DNA of 64,000 bases from NCBI GenBank assembly GCA_043228905.1, contig JBHGNT010000008.1, forward strand, positions 10,602,001 to 10,666,000. The letters run 5' to 3'. Below are positions 9,856 to 23,069 of this stretch, piece by piece. The translations under genes and the position numbers were made by a program. Origin of the DNA: Azolla caroliniana (lineage: Eukaryota > Plantae > Polypodiophyta). The notes below the pieces were generated by a model. The model saw only the letters and a program-made list of their open reading frames with translations. It ran no database searches and was not told where the DNA came from. Numbering within the stretch: position 1 is the first letter of the stretch; each line of letters starts with the position of its first letter.

Positions 9856-12066
9856 ATGAGGAGGTCATCGTCATCATCATCATCTTCTTCTTCCGCGAGG
9901 TCGATATGGCCTCTGAACTCCAGAGGAAGAGAGTTTGCACCAGGTGATGCTCACTCCGTAGCCTGTAGGGATACCCTTTATCACCTTCTTCGGATGTGCA
10001 ATGAACAGAGGGATGTGGAAGGTGGGATGTACGTGTGCTGCCTTATGTTTCGACATGGTTTTGAATCCGTCACTGTGTTGGCTGATCATCTCATTCGCCT
10101 CTTTGCTTCTTGTGGCCGCCTGGCTGACGCAGAATCTATCTTCTCCATGGTATCACAACCCAGCATTTATACGTGGAATGCCATAATTTCTGGACACCAA
10201 AATCAGCATTCTCCTGCTGAGGATGTTCTTGACCTGTATGAGGAGATGCAGAAACAGGGTACAATACAACCCAATAGTGTCACCTTTTTGAACATTCTAA
10301 AAGCTTGTGGAAGTCTCCCCACTTTGCACAAGGGAAGGCAAATCCATGATCAGATAATAAGATGTGTGTTTAGGTCCGATCTGATCATTAGTAATGCACT
10401 CATTCACATGTATGTGCAATTTGGGTCACTAAATGAAGCATATAAGATTTTCAATACATTACCAGAGCGGGATGCGGTGTCATGGGGTACCATCATCTCC
10501 GGGTGTGCTGAGACTGGGAATAATGCAGTTTTGTCCATCGAATTGTTGATGAAAATGCAACATGAGGGAATAAAACCTGAACGAGTTACATTCTTGTGTA
10601 TCTTGAAAGCATGTGGCAGCATAGAATCAGTAGGGCAAGGCAAAATTGCACATCATGAAATCGTCAAAAGTGGTTTTGAATCTGATGTTGCGGTGGGGAC
10701 TGCCCTTATTGACATGTATGCCAAATGCATGAACTTAGATGAAGCACAAAAAGTGTTCAATGACCTTCCCAATCGTACCATCATAACTTGGGGAGCGTTG
10801 CTTGCAGGATTTGTGCAGCATGGGCATGGGCATTATGCATTAGAACTATTCGAGAAAATGAAACTTGAAGTAAATGAGACTGATAAGTCGATATTTTCAT
10901 GTGTTCTGAAAGCGTGTGGTATCATGCAAATTAAAGGAATTGGAAAGCTAATCCATTGTGACATCATACATTGTGGAGTTGAACAAGATATGGTGGTTGG
11001 AAGTATGCTGTTGGATATGTATGTCAAGTGTGGGAGTATAGAAGATGCGAGTGCAGTATTTAATTCGTTGCCACATCGGGATGTTATCACATGGGGTTTG
11101 ATGATTGAAGGTTATGCACAACATGGAGAGTCCGTTTCTGCTCTTGCACTGTTCGGGAAAATGCAAGTGCAAGGCATAAAGCCTGATAAGGTTGCATTCT
11201 TGGGTGTAGCAAAAGCATGTGGTAACCTAGGAGCCATCCAAAAAGGCCATTGGTTACATAGTCAAGTTGTTGAATTTTGCCTTGAATCTGACCTTCTACT
11301 TGGAAATACAATTGTTGATATGTATGGTAAATGTGGAAGCATGGGGGATTCAAAGGCAGCATTCAATAGAATTTCGAAACAAGATGTTGCTTCATGGGGT
11401 GCACTTATTGGAGGTTTTGCACAGTCTGGCAATCTAAAAGTGGCTGAACAAGGCCTAAAGAACATGCAAAAACAAGGCATAAAGCCAAACATGATGATTT
11501 TCAGCAGCATTCTCACTGCTTGCAGCCATGCAGGTCTTTTAAAAGAAGGGTGGATGTACTTCAAATCCATAAAAGAAGAGTATCACATAAATCCTAGCGT
11601 AGAACATTACAACTGTATGTTTGACATTCTTGGTCGACTTGGTTATCTACATGCGGCTGAGCACTTACTGAAAACCTTACCAATGCCTCCCAATGTTGTG
11701 GGTTGGGTAGCCCTGCTGACTGCATGCAAAACCTACGGAAATATAGAGTTGGGAGCACGATGTTCAAGGAAAATCTTGTCATTAGATCCCAATGAGGCAT
11801 CTGTATATATGTTGATGGCTGATATTTATGCTAGTAAGCAAATGTGGAAAGATGTTGAAAAGATAAAGAAAGCAAGGAGTCATGTTGGTGCATTGAAGAA
11901 GCCGGGCATAGCCTGGATTGAGGTAAATGGAGAAGTGCATGAATTCATTGTTGGAAGCAACCACCACCAACATGGGTCTGAAGGGATGATTCAAGCCTTA
12001 CGGATGTTAAATAGGAACATGCATGGGGAGGGTTATGTACCGGCATTGTATTTGATCCTTGAATGA
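9856..12066 (+). CDS. PLS-class pentatricopeptide repeat protein, E+ type (organellar RNA editing specificity factor), intronless
   Basis: Repeated P-L-S motifs (TWNAIISG / PNSVTFLNILKACG / NALIHMY), then S2, E1/E2 (WVALLTACKTYGN, YMLMADIYA), PG-box KKPGIAWIEV, ending GYVP...LE* with no HxE/CxxC/DYW. Arg/Ser-rich N-terminus resembles a transit peptide. ATG at 9856. Confidence 0.93.
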   Translation: MRRSSSSSSSSSSARSIWPLNSRGREFAPGDAHSVACRDTLYHLLRMCNEQRDVEGGMYVCCLMFRHGFESVTVLADHLIRLFASCGRLADAESIFSMVSQPSIYTWNAIISGHQNQHSPAEDVLDLYEEMQKQGTIQPNSVTFLNILKACGSLPTLHKGRQIHDQIIRCVFRSDLIISNALIHMYVQFGSLNEAYKIFNTLPERDAVSWGTIISGCAETGNNAVLSIELLMKMQHEGIKPERVTFLCILKACGSIESVGQGKIAHHEIVKSGFESDVAVGTALIDMYAKCMNLDEAQKVFNDLPNRTIITWGALLAGFVQHGHGHYALELFEKMKLEVNETDKSIFSCVLKACGIMQIKGIGKLIHCDIIHCGVEQDMVVGSMLLDMYVKCGSIEDASAVFNSLPHRDVITWGLMIEGYAQHGESVSALALFGKMQVQGIKPDKVAFLGVAKACGNLGAIQKGHWLHSQVVEFCLESDLLLGNTIVDMYGKCGSMGDSKAAFNRISKQDVASWGALIGGFAQSGNLKVAEQGLKNMQKQGIKPNMMIFSSILTACSHAGLLKEGWMYFKSIKEEYHINPSVEHYNCMFDILGRLGYLHAAEHLLKTLPMPPNVVGWVALLTACKTYGNIELGARCSRKILSLDPNEASVYMLMADIYASKQMWKDVEKIKKARSHVGALKKPGIAWIEVNGEVHEFIVGSNHHQHGSEGMIQALRMLNRNMHGEGYVPALYLILE

Positions 12067-13089
12067 TGAAAATATATGCCCACCAAATATTCTCTTAAAA
12101 CTAAATGATTATTTAATTATGAACATAATATAGATTCTTTTGGCATCAAATAAAGTTGATGAACATTGGGTAGTTTGGGAGAACTTTGCATATAAGGAAT
12201 GAGCACCTTACATTGGTAAAATTACTACCTAAAATAAATGAGAAAAAAGTATGAGCCAAGTGGAAGCTAGGATAGCTGCCATAAACTTTATCTAGTGTAA
12301 TAATCAACATAATAAAGCATTGGCAACTTGACATCATTGTACATTGATGTCTTAGTAGGTAAACATAAGCTTCATCTTGACATCCATATAAGAATAAACA
12401 AAAACATGATACTTATATACGCATGGTAAACACTACATGATAAAATGGTAAGCTTGAAAAAGGAAAGGTACCATTGACATTGCAACAGCTTTGAGGATTT
12501 TATAATGGCAACAATGTAGACTTAACAAGGATCCATGAAAATTATTAATTATCGTGAATGAACTTGGGAAAATAATGAATTGTAGATGAAATATAAGGTT
12601 TAGCCTTTGTAATTAGTACAACCATAGGGAATTATTCTAGTGCACCTTTTGGTATAAATCCTATTGTTTTGCTCAATGGAATGTGATTAACAAAACTCTC
12701 CAACAATACTTATTATTTAGTTCTTTGAAAGAACTTCATTGGTATTCTTCGACCAAGCAAGTAGCTTTTATTGAAGGTAGTTGTCATACCTTCGAGCTAT
12801 TTCCTTTGCAGTGTATCACATTCTAGTTTTTGACGATGGAAAGGGATCTTTCAGAGTTGATTATTTGAGTTGACTTGTATCGAGTGGTGAAAAGGAAGAG
12901 GAAAGTATTGGTTGTAGTTTAAACATAGTGGAAAGCAAATAAAAACAACAAATATGTCATCTAAAAATCATTGATACAGGGAAAACATCCCATTAAGACA
13001 TTGTAGGAGGGAGAACATAAAACTATGAGTCGAAGTTTGCCCCTTTTAGAGTTTATGCTAGACAAATTCTAGATATTGTGTATTTCGGC

Positions 13090-13900
13090 ATGCCGTTTAC
13101 ATAGTCCACCAAGGGTGAATCCGACCATGATTGTTGAAAGGAAAGTCTCGTAGCTTCCATCGTGTTTGAAGAGCCTTGCAATCTTCATAATGAGCTCGAA
13201 TATTCATTACCAAATCATACCATAGAGCAATGGTTGTCTCCCTTGGTCGAATTTCTTCTCCTAGGAGACATGCTTTGCATTTGGATTTCCAGATGTTCCA
13301 TGGCTCGATAGAGGCTATGGTGGGCCATATGACACACAACCTATTCAAACACCAAATTCACATTTCTCTTGCCCGTTGTACAATGCATTTATTTCTTTGC
13401 ACACAAAACGCCTTCAGTCTACCTAGTCTCCCAATATCCAAGCTTTCTTCTTCAATCTCCACCATAGTGAAAATCCCAAAGGTATGGAGCCTTCCAACCT
13501 TCTCTTGATTAGTATTCTCATCACTTTAGACCAAACTTCCTACCCATGTGAGCATTCCCATAAACAATGTTCTTGCACCATGTTATTTTCTTCCATGCAA
13601 CTTTGGTTGCCACTTTACCTTCCGATTTGCTTGCCCATAGAAATATGCAAATATCATATTTATACCAGCTATACCTTCCTATCAAAGATCCAACATGACG
13701 ATGTATGCCACATGGTTGTAAGAAATATTTGATTTGCTATTAGTATACCTACTAGCGAGAGCTGGGCAAAATTCCAATATTTCAGCTTGTTTCTTATTGA
13801 GCGATGCATCCCCTCTAGTTGCAAACTCTTGGGAAAGTTAATCATGATCTAGAAACCTAAGTATCTGGTTGCAACATTTTCTTGTAGTCAGCAAATGGAA
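13090..13900 (-). mobile_element. Highly degenerate LINE-like ORF2 C-terminal fragment
   Basis: W-rich segment PWNIWKSKC...ALWYDLV resembles the region after the zinc finger in plant L1 ORF2; boundaries approximate. Confidence 0.4.
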
Positions 13901-14159
13901 GGGTTGGGGTGGGAATCGACAATGGTTCAATTTAGGCTTAACTAGTTTGGCCTTATCCAAGCTAAACCGGTTAAGCCTAAATTGGTTTGGGGGTTCTCAA
14001 ACCTGGACCGAACCAAACCAAACCATTCTCTAAAACGATTAAGGCTTAATTGGTTTGGCCTAAACCGGTTAAGCTGAAACCGATTTGGGAACTATTTGGG
14101 ACAAACCGGTTAAGCTCTATATGGTTGGTTGATGTCTCCAATTTTCTCTTTTGGCTCAC

Positions 14160-14354
14160 AAAACTAAGAATGCAGGATTAATGTTGAAGAAGTGAGCAAC
14201 AAAAATATCTGGCTTTAATAACTAAAGTAGAAGGATCAACATTGAGGAAGTGAGCCACAAAAATACTTGGTTGTAATAACTAAAGCTTAAGGATGAACAT
14301 TGAGTAAATGAACCATAAAAGCATTTGTCTTTAATAGCTAATGTTAAAGGATCC
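14160..14354. repeat. ~58-bp degenerate tandem repeat (3 units plus a partial unit)
   Basis: Units AACTAAAG..AGGAT.AACATTGAG.AAGTGAGC.ACAAAAATA.TTG.CTTTAAT; the Copia B element inserted into the fourth unit. Confidence 0.7.
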
Positions 14355-15046
14355 TGTTGGGATTTCGGTCCCTCCGGATGGGATGTCCGGAGATGAATGA
14401 CGGCAATCCCGGTTACGGCTACGGAGCCGGATGATGAAGACCCCGGCTACTGAGCCGGATGATGAAGACCCCGGCTACTGAGCCGGATGATGAAGACCCC
14501 GGCTACGGAGCCGGATGATGAAGACCCCGGCTACGGAGCCAGATGACGAATGTACCCGGTGAGAGATCCGGATGCGGGGACATATTTGTGAATATGTTTG
14601 CCAAGGGCCCTTGAGGCTATATTTGTAAATAGCCCGAAAGTCATATGTTGTATAAATATGACTTAGGGCAAACAGTTTTATGTTGTTGCTCATTTTTTTA
14701 TGTTTTCAGCCGAGAGAGCGAAGTGAGAGCAGCCGAGAGAGAGAGAAAAAGGAAGAGGTCGACGCCTCTGTGTATTACCGCCGCCTGTGGCGAAGACAGT
14801 GAGCTCAAGGTTGTTGCCTTGTAGCTTCACCCTTGTACATCTCTGTGTATAGTGATAGTTGGAGTTTGAGGACTCCCGTGGTTTTTCCCATTTAGGGTTT
14901 TCCACATAAAACACCCTGTGTACTCTTCTCTCTATTGTCCTCGTGCATTTTGTATTTCCTGTTTTCTGTGAGTTGATCCTATTCCTCGGTTGTGGCCGAG
15001 CACTGTTTTGCAACAATTTGGTATCAGAGCACGGTTAACACAGAAA

Positions 15047-17578
15047 ATGGAAGGCGGCGGTAGTGGGCCTCCGGGCATGATGGTGTTGAACTCACAGAAC
15101 TACGCCGACTGGAAGATAAAGATGGAAGACCTTCTCATCGTCCGAGACCTGTACGAACCGATCGACAATGCCAAGATACCCAAGGGGGTAATAGAGTCGG
15201 AGTGGAAGCTCCTGAACCGGAAAGCCGTAGCGACGATCCGGCAATATGTCGATGTAAGTGTTCTGCAACATGTGGCGAACGATACGAATGCCTATGAGAT
15301 GTGGCAGAAGCTGTCCGGACTGTATGAGAGGAAGAATGCTCTGACCCGGACCTCCCTGATGAGGAAGATAGTGAATCTTAAGTACCGGGACGGCGAGAGC
15401 ATGGTCGAACACGTCAGCACGTTCATGGGATTCGTGAACCAGCTTGCGGCGATCAAGTTCCCGTTGGATGACGCAATGCAAGCCATCATGCTGATGTGTA
15501 CCCTTCCGGAGAGCTGGGAGAACTTGGTAGTTACTCTCAGCACCTCCTGTAAGGAAGAGAACTTGTCTTTACTAACGGTAAAGACAAGTATTCTAAATGA
15601 AGAAGCGCGTCGGAGAGATAAAGAACCGGCCTCTGACTCGAAGGCGTTGCTTACCGAATCGGAACGGGGAAGACAACGGAACCGGAGTCCGCAAAGACGG
15701 GAGAAGTCGGGGACACGGTCGCAGTCGAGGGGAAGACCCACATGCTTCTACTGTGGGAAGCCGGGGCACTTCCAGAAGAACTGTCGGCATTTCCGGAAAG
15801 ACAACGGAACCGACAGTACCGATTCGAAGAAGTCACCGGAGCGAAACGGTGCATACCGGGGAGCCACGGACCGGAGAGGTCCGGATCGGCGAGGGCAGGA
15901 CCGGAAAGGAACGACGGCACTCGCGGCAAGTGAAGAAGAGATAATGCTCATTACCGAAGAGAGGGAGCTGAACCTTGCCGGTGAAGAGATGACCTGGGTG
16001 GTCGATTCCGGAGCGTCTTTCCACCTGACCCCGGAGAAGAAATACTTCTCATCCTACACAGCCGGTGAGCACGGCTGTGTCCGGATGGGAAATGAAGGTA
16101 CATGCCGGATTGCCGGCATAGGAGACGTGTGGCTGATGACATCAACCGGATGCAAGATGCTGCTGAAGGATGTTCGACACGTTCCGGAGGTTCGATTGAA
16201 CCTGATTTCGGCCGGGAGGCTAGACGATGAAGGCTACACGGGTAGCATCCGGAACGGTGTCATGAAGTTCAACAAAGGGAGCCTGATAGTGGCTCGGGCC
16301 CGGAAGGTCAACACACTGTACCTGATGAATTCACGGCTATGTCCGGAGGAGCTGAACGTGGCAGCTGACACTGCCGGTGAGCTGTGGCACAAGAGACTGT
16401 GCCACATGAGCGAGAAGGGGATGAAGAGGCTTGCTGAAGACAACCTGATACCGGTAAAGCACGTACACTTAGGGAAGTGTACCGATTGTCTGGCCGGTAA
16501 GCAAAACCGGACCTCCTTCCACTCAAGGCCACCGACGAGACGTAGCGCACCTTTGGAGTTGGTGCACACTGACGTGTGTCAAGTAGAAACGAAGTCACAT
16601 GGCGGAGCCCAGTACTTCGTGACATTTATTGATGACCACAGCCGGAAGCTGTGGACTGCACCGTTGAAGACAAAGGACCAAGTGTTGTGCGTCTTCAAAG
16701 AACTCCACGCGAGAGTGGAAAGGGAATCCGGCCAGAAGCTGAAAGCGATACGAGCTGATAACGGAGGGGAATACCGGGGGCAGTTCCAGGAGTACTGTCG
16801 CTCGAAGGGAATCCGGCTCGAGTTTACTATGCCGAAGACGCCGGAACTGAACGGGCTGGCCGAGAGGATGAACCGGACCATAATGGAGAGGGTCCGGAGT
16901 ATGCTGGCGCATGCGAAATTACCCAAGGGGTTTTGGGCTGAGGCAATGTCGACGGCGACGTATGTGATAAATAGATCACCCTCAGTACCTTTGGACGGAG
17001 ACACGCCGCAGAAAGTGTGGACCGGTAAGGAAGTGTCCTACCGGCATCTGAAGGTGTTCGGGTGTCTCGCATACGTGCATGTGGCAAAGGACCGGAGAGG
17101 AAAGTTACATCCAAAGACCCGGCCATGCATATTCCTCGGTTACGGCGACGACGAGTTCGGCTACCGAGTATGGGACCCGGTCGACAAGAAGATATTCAGG
17201 AGTCGAGATATCATCTTCATGGAGGACAAGACACTCGCCGACTGGGAGTCGGAGAAGAAGATGAAGAGCTCCAAGTCGACCGGTGAGGATCAACTCTACG
17301 AGGAGCAGTCCCAACCGGCAAGGGACCGGTTAGCACTCGAGGATCCGGCCGAAGACAGTGAAGAAACAGAACCGGCCGAGGAAGACGAAACCGATACCGG
17401 AACCGGCCCCGATCCCGAAATGGATTCGGATGAAGAGGAAATGGAGGAGCCGGTTACCGAAGCTCCGGAACGGAGATATCCTCTAAGAGAGAGAAGGGCC
17501 CCCCGGAGATTTCCGGAACCAGAGCACGTGCTGCTAACCGACGAGGGGGAGCCGGAGAGTTTTGAAGAAGCAAAGCTT
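15047..17578 (+). CDS. Copia B polyprotein, N-terminal part (Gag-PR-IN)
   Basis: CFYCGKPGHFQKNC, WVVDSGAS, integrase HHCC and D,D,E (VHTDVC, ADNGGE, AERMNRT); broken at ...EEAKL by the element C insertion. Confidence 0.93.
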
Positions 17579-17774
17579 TGTCGAATACAAGTGTATAATG
17601 GACGTATTCACACTATCCCTTTGTATAGATCAAGTTTGGGCCATTTGTGTAATTAGCATAAATGGTAGTTGCCCTAAGTCGGTCACTATATATAGTGACC
17701 TTGTAACCTTTTTGTAAGGTTTGTTGTATTATTGGTTGTATTATTGTTTCTATCTAATAGAAAGACTCTTTGTG

Positions 17775-17824
<50 letters not shown>

Positions 17825-20800
17825 CACGATCTCAGAAACTGTCATACGCAGGTTTCAACTAGAATCGAATGCTTCCTGATCTTCCGCATTGACGGCCTTG
17901 TCTCTCCAACATTTGGTATCAGAGCTTGGTTCCTCAACCCGCTGTCGGCCGTCATCACCGCCTGCACAGCATTCGGTTTCTTGCGTCATTCGAAGAAGAG
18001 AGAAGAAGAAGAAAAACGAGGCTTGCATCTCATCGCGTTAGATCATCTTCGCTTGGAGTAAGCCAGCCGGTTGTACTCTGTTCCTTGTGATCGTAACCGC
18101 TCGAGGTGAAATCCCCTTGTGCAACATTGACACGATCGTGCTCCACTCGGTTAAACGGCATCCGAAGAGGTCATCAAATGCTGCTCGCAGCTCATTGTAA
18201 CCACTCGGTGCAGATCGGTCTCAAGACAACAACCCCAATTCGTGCTTCATCCGGCTGATCGACATTCGGGAGGATCAGTTGGATCCGTCTCTCTCGTCGC
18301 TGCAGTCACCCGAAGCAGAATCGGTCCAGACAATCGGTTTCAATAATCGGTACTTCGCATATATATTCGGAAGCGAACCGGGCTCACTCCGACTCGGCAA
18401 CATTCGGGAAGACCAGTCGGTTCCGTCCCTCAAGTTACCGGAGTCAATTCGAGCAAGTTCAACAATACATATATATCCGAAGCCGAACCGACTCGGGTTC
18501 AAATCCGACTAGAACGATATCGGGTGAGCCAACCGGCTGCACTCCAACAAGATTCGTAGTCAAATCCGAACCGAGCTTCGTCAACCGAAACCAAATTTGA
18601 TGGCATCAACATCCGGCTCGTCAGAAATGAGTCTACGAAAGTTCGATGGATCGAACTTCAACTTCTGGAAGGAGCAAATGCAGGACTATCTCATAGTCAA
18701 GGGGCAAATCGATCCCATCGAAAATGAAGAACCTCTAGAAGGATACAAACCAATTGAGTGGCAGAAGCTGGACAGAATCGTCCGTGCCACGATTCGGATG
18801 CACCTATCGGAATCGGTATACTTTACGGTGCAATCGTGTACGACAGCATTCGAACTGTGGAAAACACTGTCGGACACCTACGAAAAGAAGGTCGCCGCAA
18901 CGAAGATGTTTCTGATCCGGCGCCTCTACAACTTGCGGATGAAAGAATCAGATTCGGTTCAAGCACATCTCAATGAGTACGAAAGCATAAGCTCCCAAAT
19001 CTCATCTCAGGGGACGACAATCGAGGATGAACTCAGAGCAATGATACTCATGAGCAGCCTTCCCTCATCATGGGAAACTTTCGTCACAACCGTGTGCAAC
19101 GCGTCAACCACGGCTGTTAAATACTCCGAAGTCACGAGCGCAATCCTGACCGAAGCAGCTCGGAGAAAGTCTTTCGCCAAAGACTCAACAGACGACGCTT
19201 ATGTAGTACAAGGTTCGACAGACCGATCGAACATACGAGGAAGAGATTCCTCACGGCAGCCGAACAATCAGCGAAGACGGAGCCAGTCACGGGATAACCG
19301 AATCTGCAACTATTGCAAGAAACCCGGACACATCAAAGCCGACTGCCGCGCACTCAAGAACAAGAACGACAAGTCTCAGAAATCAGACAAGAAGAGTGGC
19401 CGGCATGAGGAGATCAATTACGTCAGCTTCTCAGCTGACGTGCTACCAAACGACCCGAATATACTATCAATCGAAAATCCAGTCGGATCAGAAGTTCTCC
19501 TCACGACTGAAGAATCGAGCACATGGCTCTTAGATTCGGGTGCGTCATTTCACGTGACTCCTCATCGATCCCAATTTCGGCAATATACGATCCGTCACTC
19601 CGACTCAGTTCGAGTCGGCAACTCGCAACACTGCGACATCATTGGAATCGGCACAGTAGAGCTCAACCTTGCAGGTGGCTCTACACTTGTACTTCACAAT
19701 GTCCGACATGTACCCGAGCTCTCAAGGCCATTGATCTCAGTCGGACAACTAGATGAAGACGGCATTCGTGCCGGTTTTTCTTCGGGAGGGTGGACACTCC
19801 ACAGGGGGAACCTCCTGCTTGCTAGAGGACCCAAGATACACTCACTGTATCCGTTACATGTTACGCTCAGAGAGGGTAACCTGTTTTTGGTGGATATTCC
19901 TGTGTCATCACTATGGCACAGAAGATTAGGACACCTCAGCAAGGCCGGCATCACGCACCTATCTAGAGCCGGATACATCCCTAAACTCTCCTTCTCGGAC
20001 CATCAATTCTGCGAACATTGCCAGTATGGCAAACAAGCAGCCGCATCACACCCGACATCAGCACCAAGAGAAACGAGACCTCTCGATTTAATCCACTCGG
20101 ACGTCTGTGGCCCAATGCCGCATCAGTCTCTCGGCGGTGCCTCTTACTTCGTCAGTTTTATTGACGATTCGACTCGAAAGGTGTGGGCTTATCCAATTCG
20201 CACCAAAGATCGTGTCTTCTCGATCTTCTCCGATTGGCTCGCTATGGTGGAAAATCAAACTGACCGAAAACTGAAATGCTTTCGGACCGACAATGGGGGA
20301 GAGTTCAAATCCGAAGAATTCGTCAAATTCTGCCGACAACGCGGCATCCGACGTGAATTTACGGCACCACACAGTCCGGAGCAAAACGGGATTGCAGAAC
20401 GCATGAATCGGACAATCCAAGAACGGATAGTTTTCATGCTCCAACACTCCAGACTGTCGGATGGCTTCTGGGCAGAGGCTCTACTCACGGCAGTACACAT
20501 AATCAATATGTCGCCAAGTAGACCTCTAGGACTTCAAATTCCTCAGGAACTATGGATCGGCAGTAAGCCGAATTACGACAAGCTGAGGATCTTCGGATGC
20601 GAGGCGTACGCCCTTATTCCGAAAGATGATCGCCGAAAACTTGCACCTCGGTCCAGGAAATGCATTTTCCTTGGATATGGATCAGACGGCGAAATGGGAT
20701 ACCGACTCTGGGACCCCGAACGCAGACAAATCGTTCGAAGTTCGGACGTTGTGTTCAACGAGTCGGCTATGAATCCATCAGTCGAAAAACCGATCGAAGT

Positions 20801-23021
20801 CCGAAGGGTAACATTTTCCGATGTGCCGACCCTTCAAGAAGGCCCTGCTCTTAACACATGGTCAGCTTCACGGGTAGCTGAACCTTACACTACCGACTCG
20901 GACAACTCCGACTTGGCACAGCAGAATAATTCGCTTTCGGACCATCCGACCTCGATACCCGATACGACCAGTCCAATCATACCTCGACGATCCGAGAGAC
21001 TGTCGCAACCTCCGGAGAGGTATTCTCCTGGAATTTTCTTCACCGACGCCGGCGAACCGACGTCTTACGAAGAAGCATCGACATCTGTCGATTCAGCCAC
21101 CTGGCATCTGGCGATGGAGTCGGAAATGCACTCCATTCGGGCAAACAAGACTTGGGATCTGGTCGAATTACCTAAGAATCGACGTGCTCTTCCTTGCAAG
21201 TGGGTTTATCGACTAAAAGAGACGTCTGATTCGACCACCCCAAAGTACAAGGCCAGATTAGTTGCGAAGGGCTTCCGACAAGAATATGGCGTCGACTTCG
21301 ACGAGATTTTTTCACCAGTGGTGAAAATGACAACCCTTCGTTTTCTACTCGGCGTAGTGGCAGCCGACAACTTGGAGCTGATTCAGCTAGATGTCAAAAC
21401 AGCCTTCCTCCATGGTGATCTTGACGAGGAAATTTATATGGAGCAGCCAAAAGGCTTCGTGGCAACTGGCCAAGAACATCTAGTCTGCCGACTCAGGAAG
21501 AGTCTATACGGCCTGAAACAGGCACCGCGACAATGGTACAAGAAGTTCGACGACTTCATCCAATCGATCGGCTTCTCAAAAAGCGATGAGGACCATTGTC
21601 TCTTTACCACCACAGCTCAAGATGGATCACCCATCTTCCTCATCATTTACGTGGACGACATGCTAATTTCTGGACGCCACGCGGGCGAACTTGCCGAACT
21701 CATTCGGCAACTGCGGTTGAAGTTTGCCATGAAGGACCTCGGTCCGGCACGACACATACTCGGCATGAAGATTAGTCGGCATCGCGATAAACGATATCTT
21801 TTTTTGTCTCAGACCGACTATATCGGACGTGTCTTGGAACGCTTCAACATGCAATCAGCCAAATCTGCTTCAACCCCGCTCCCCATGAATCTTCGGCTCT
21901 CTCAGCGAGACTGCCCGACATCCGGTTCGGAGGGGGAAGATATGAAGTCGGTACCGTATGCACCGGCAGTCGGCTCCCTTATGTACCTGATGGTCGCGAC
22001 ACGGCCTGATATCTCTCATGCCGTAGGAGTCGTTAGCAGATTTATGCACAATCCTGGCCGATCGCATTGGAACGCAGTCAAGCATGTGTTCAGATATCTG
22101 GCTGGCACAAAAGACCACGGCATTCTTTTCGGTCCGAACCGAACCTCAGGCGTAGTCGGTTACACCGACTCGGATTTCGCCGGCTGTATAGACAGTCGGA
22201 AATCAACAACCGGATACTGCTTCAAATTCGGCAATGGAGCAATTTCGTGGAAGTCGAAACTTCAGGAGTGCACAGCGACCTCAACGACCGAAGCAGAGTA
22301 TGTAGCTGCGTCCGACGCTGCAAAAGAAGCTTTGTGGCTCGGCCGGCTGGCGCACACGTTTCGACAAGTCGACCATGACTCGGCCCCAGTTGTCTATAGC
22401 GACAGTCAAGGTGCTGTTGCCTTGTCGAAAAATCCGGTTCACCACAACGCCTCCAAACATATCGACGTTCGATATCACTTCGTTCGGGACTGCGTCATTT
22501 CAGGGAAAATCGGTCTAGAGAAAATATCCACAACCGACAATGTCGCAGATGGAATGACCAAGTGTCTTTCGGCAGACCGCTTTCGGTCTCTTCGGCATCA
22601 GATGGGCGTAACAACAAACCAGTCCGGTTAGAGCCGGACACAGCGCAGGATGGTTTCCGACAAGCGACATCAGTTCCTTAATGATCGGCTTCAACTCTTC
22701 CGACCCGACCAGTCCGGTCTTCTGCCTTCGGACCCTGCCGACTCGAACAAAAACTGATATGTCCGAGAACCTAGGTTTATACCTGTAATCTTAGATAACC
22801 CATGTATACGCCCATTACGGGGGAGTGTCGAATACAAGTGTATAATGGACGTATTCACACTATCCCTTTGTATAGATCAAGTTTGGGCCATTTGTGTAAT
22901 TAGCATAAATGGTAGTTGCCCTAAGTCGGTCACTATATATAGTGACCTTGTAACCTTTTTGTAAGGTTGGTTGTATTATTGGTTGTATTATTGTTTCTAT
23001 CTAATAGAAAGACTCTTTGTG

Positions 23022-23069
<48 letters not shown>

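Noticed and set aside
14417-14550. 28-bp direct repeats as a CRISPR-like array
   Set aside because: Head-to-tail units without spacers inside an LTR in eukaryotic DNA.
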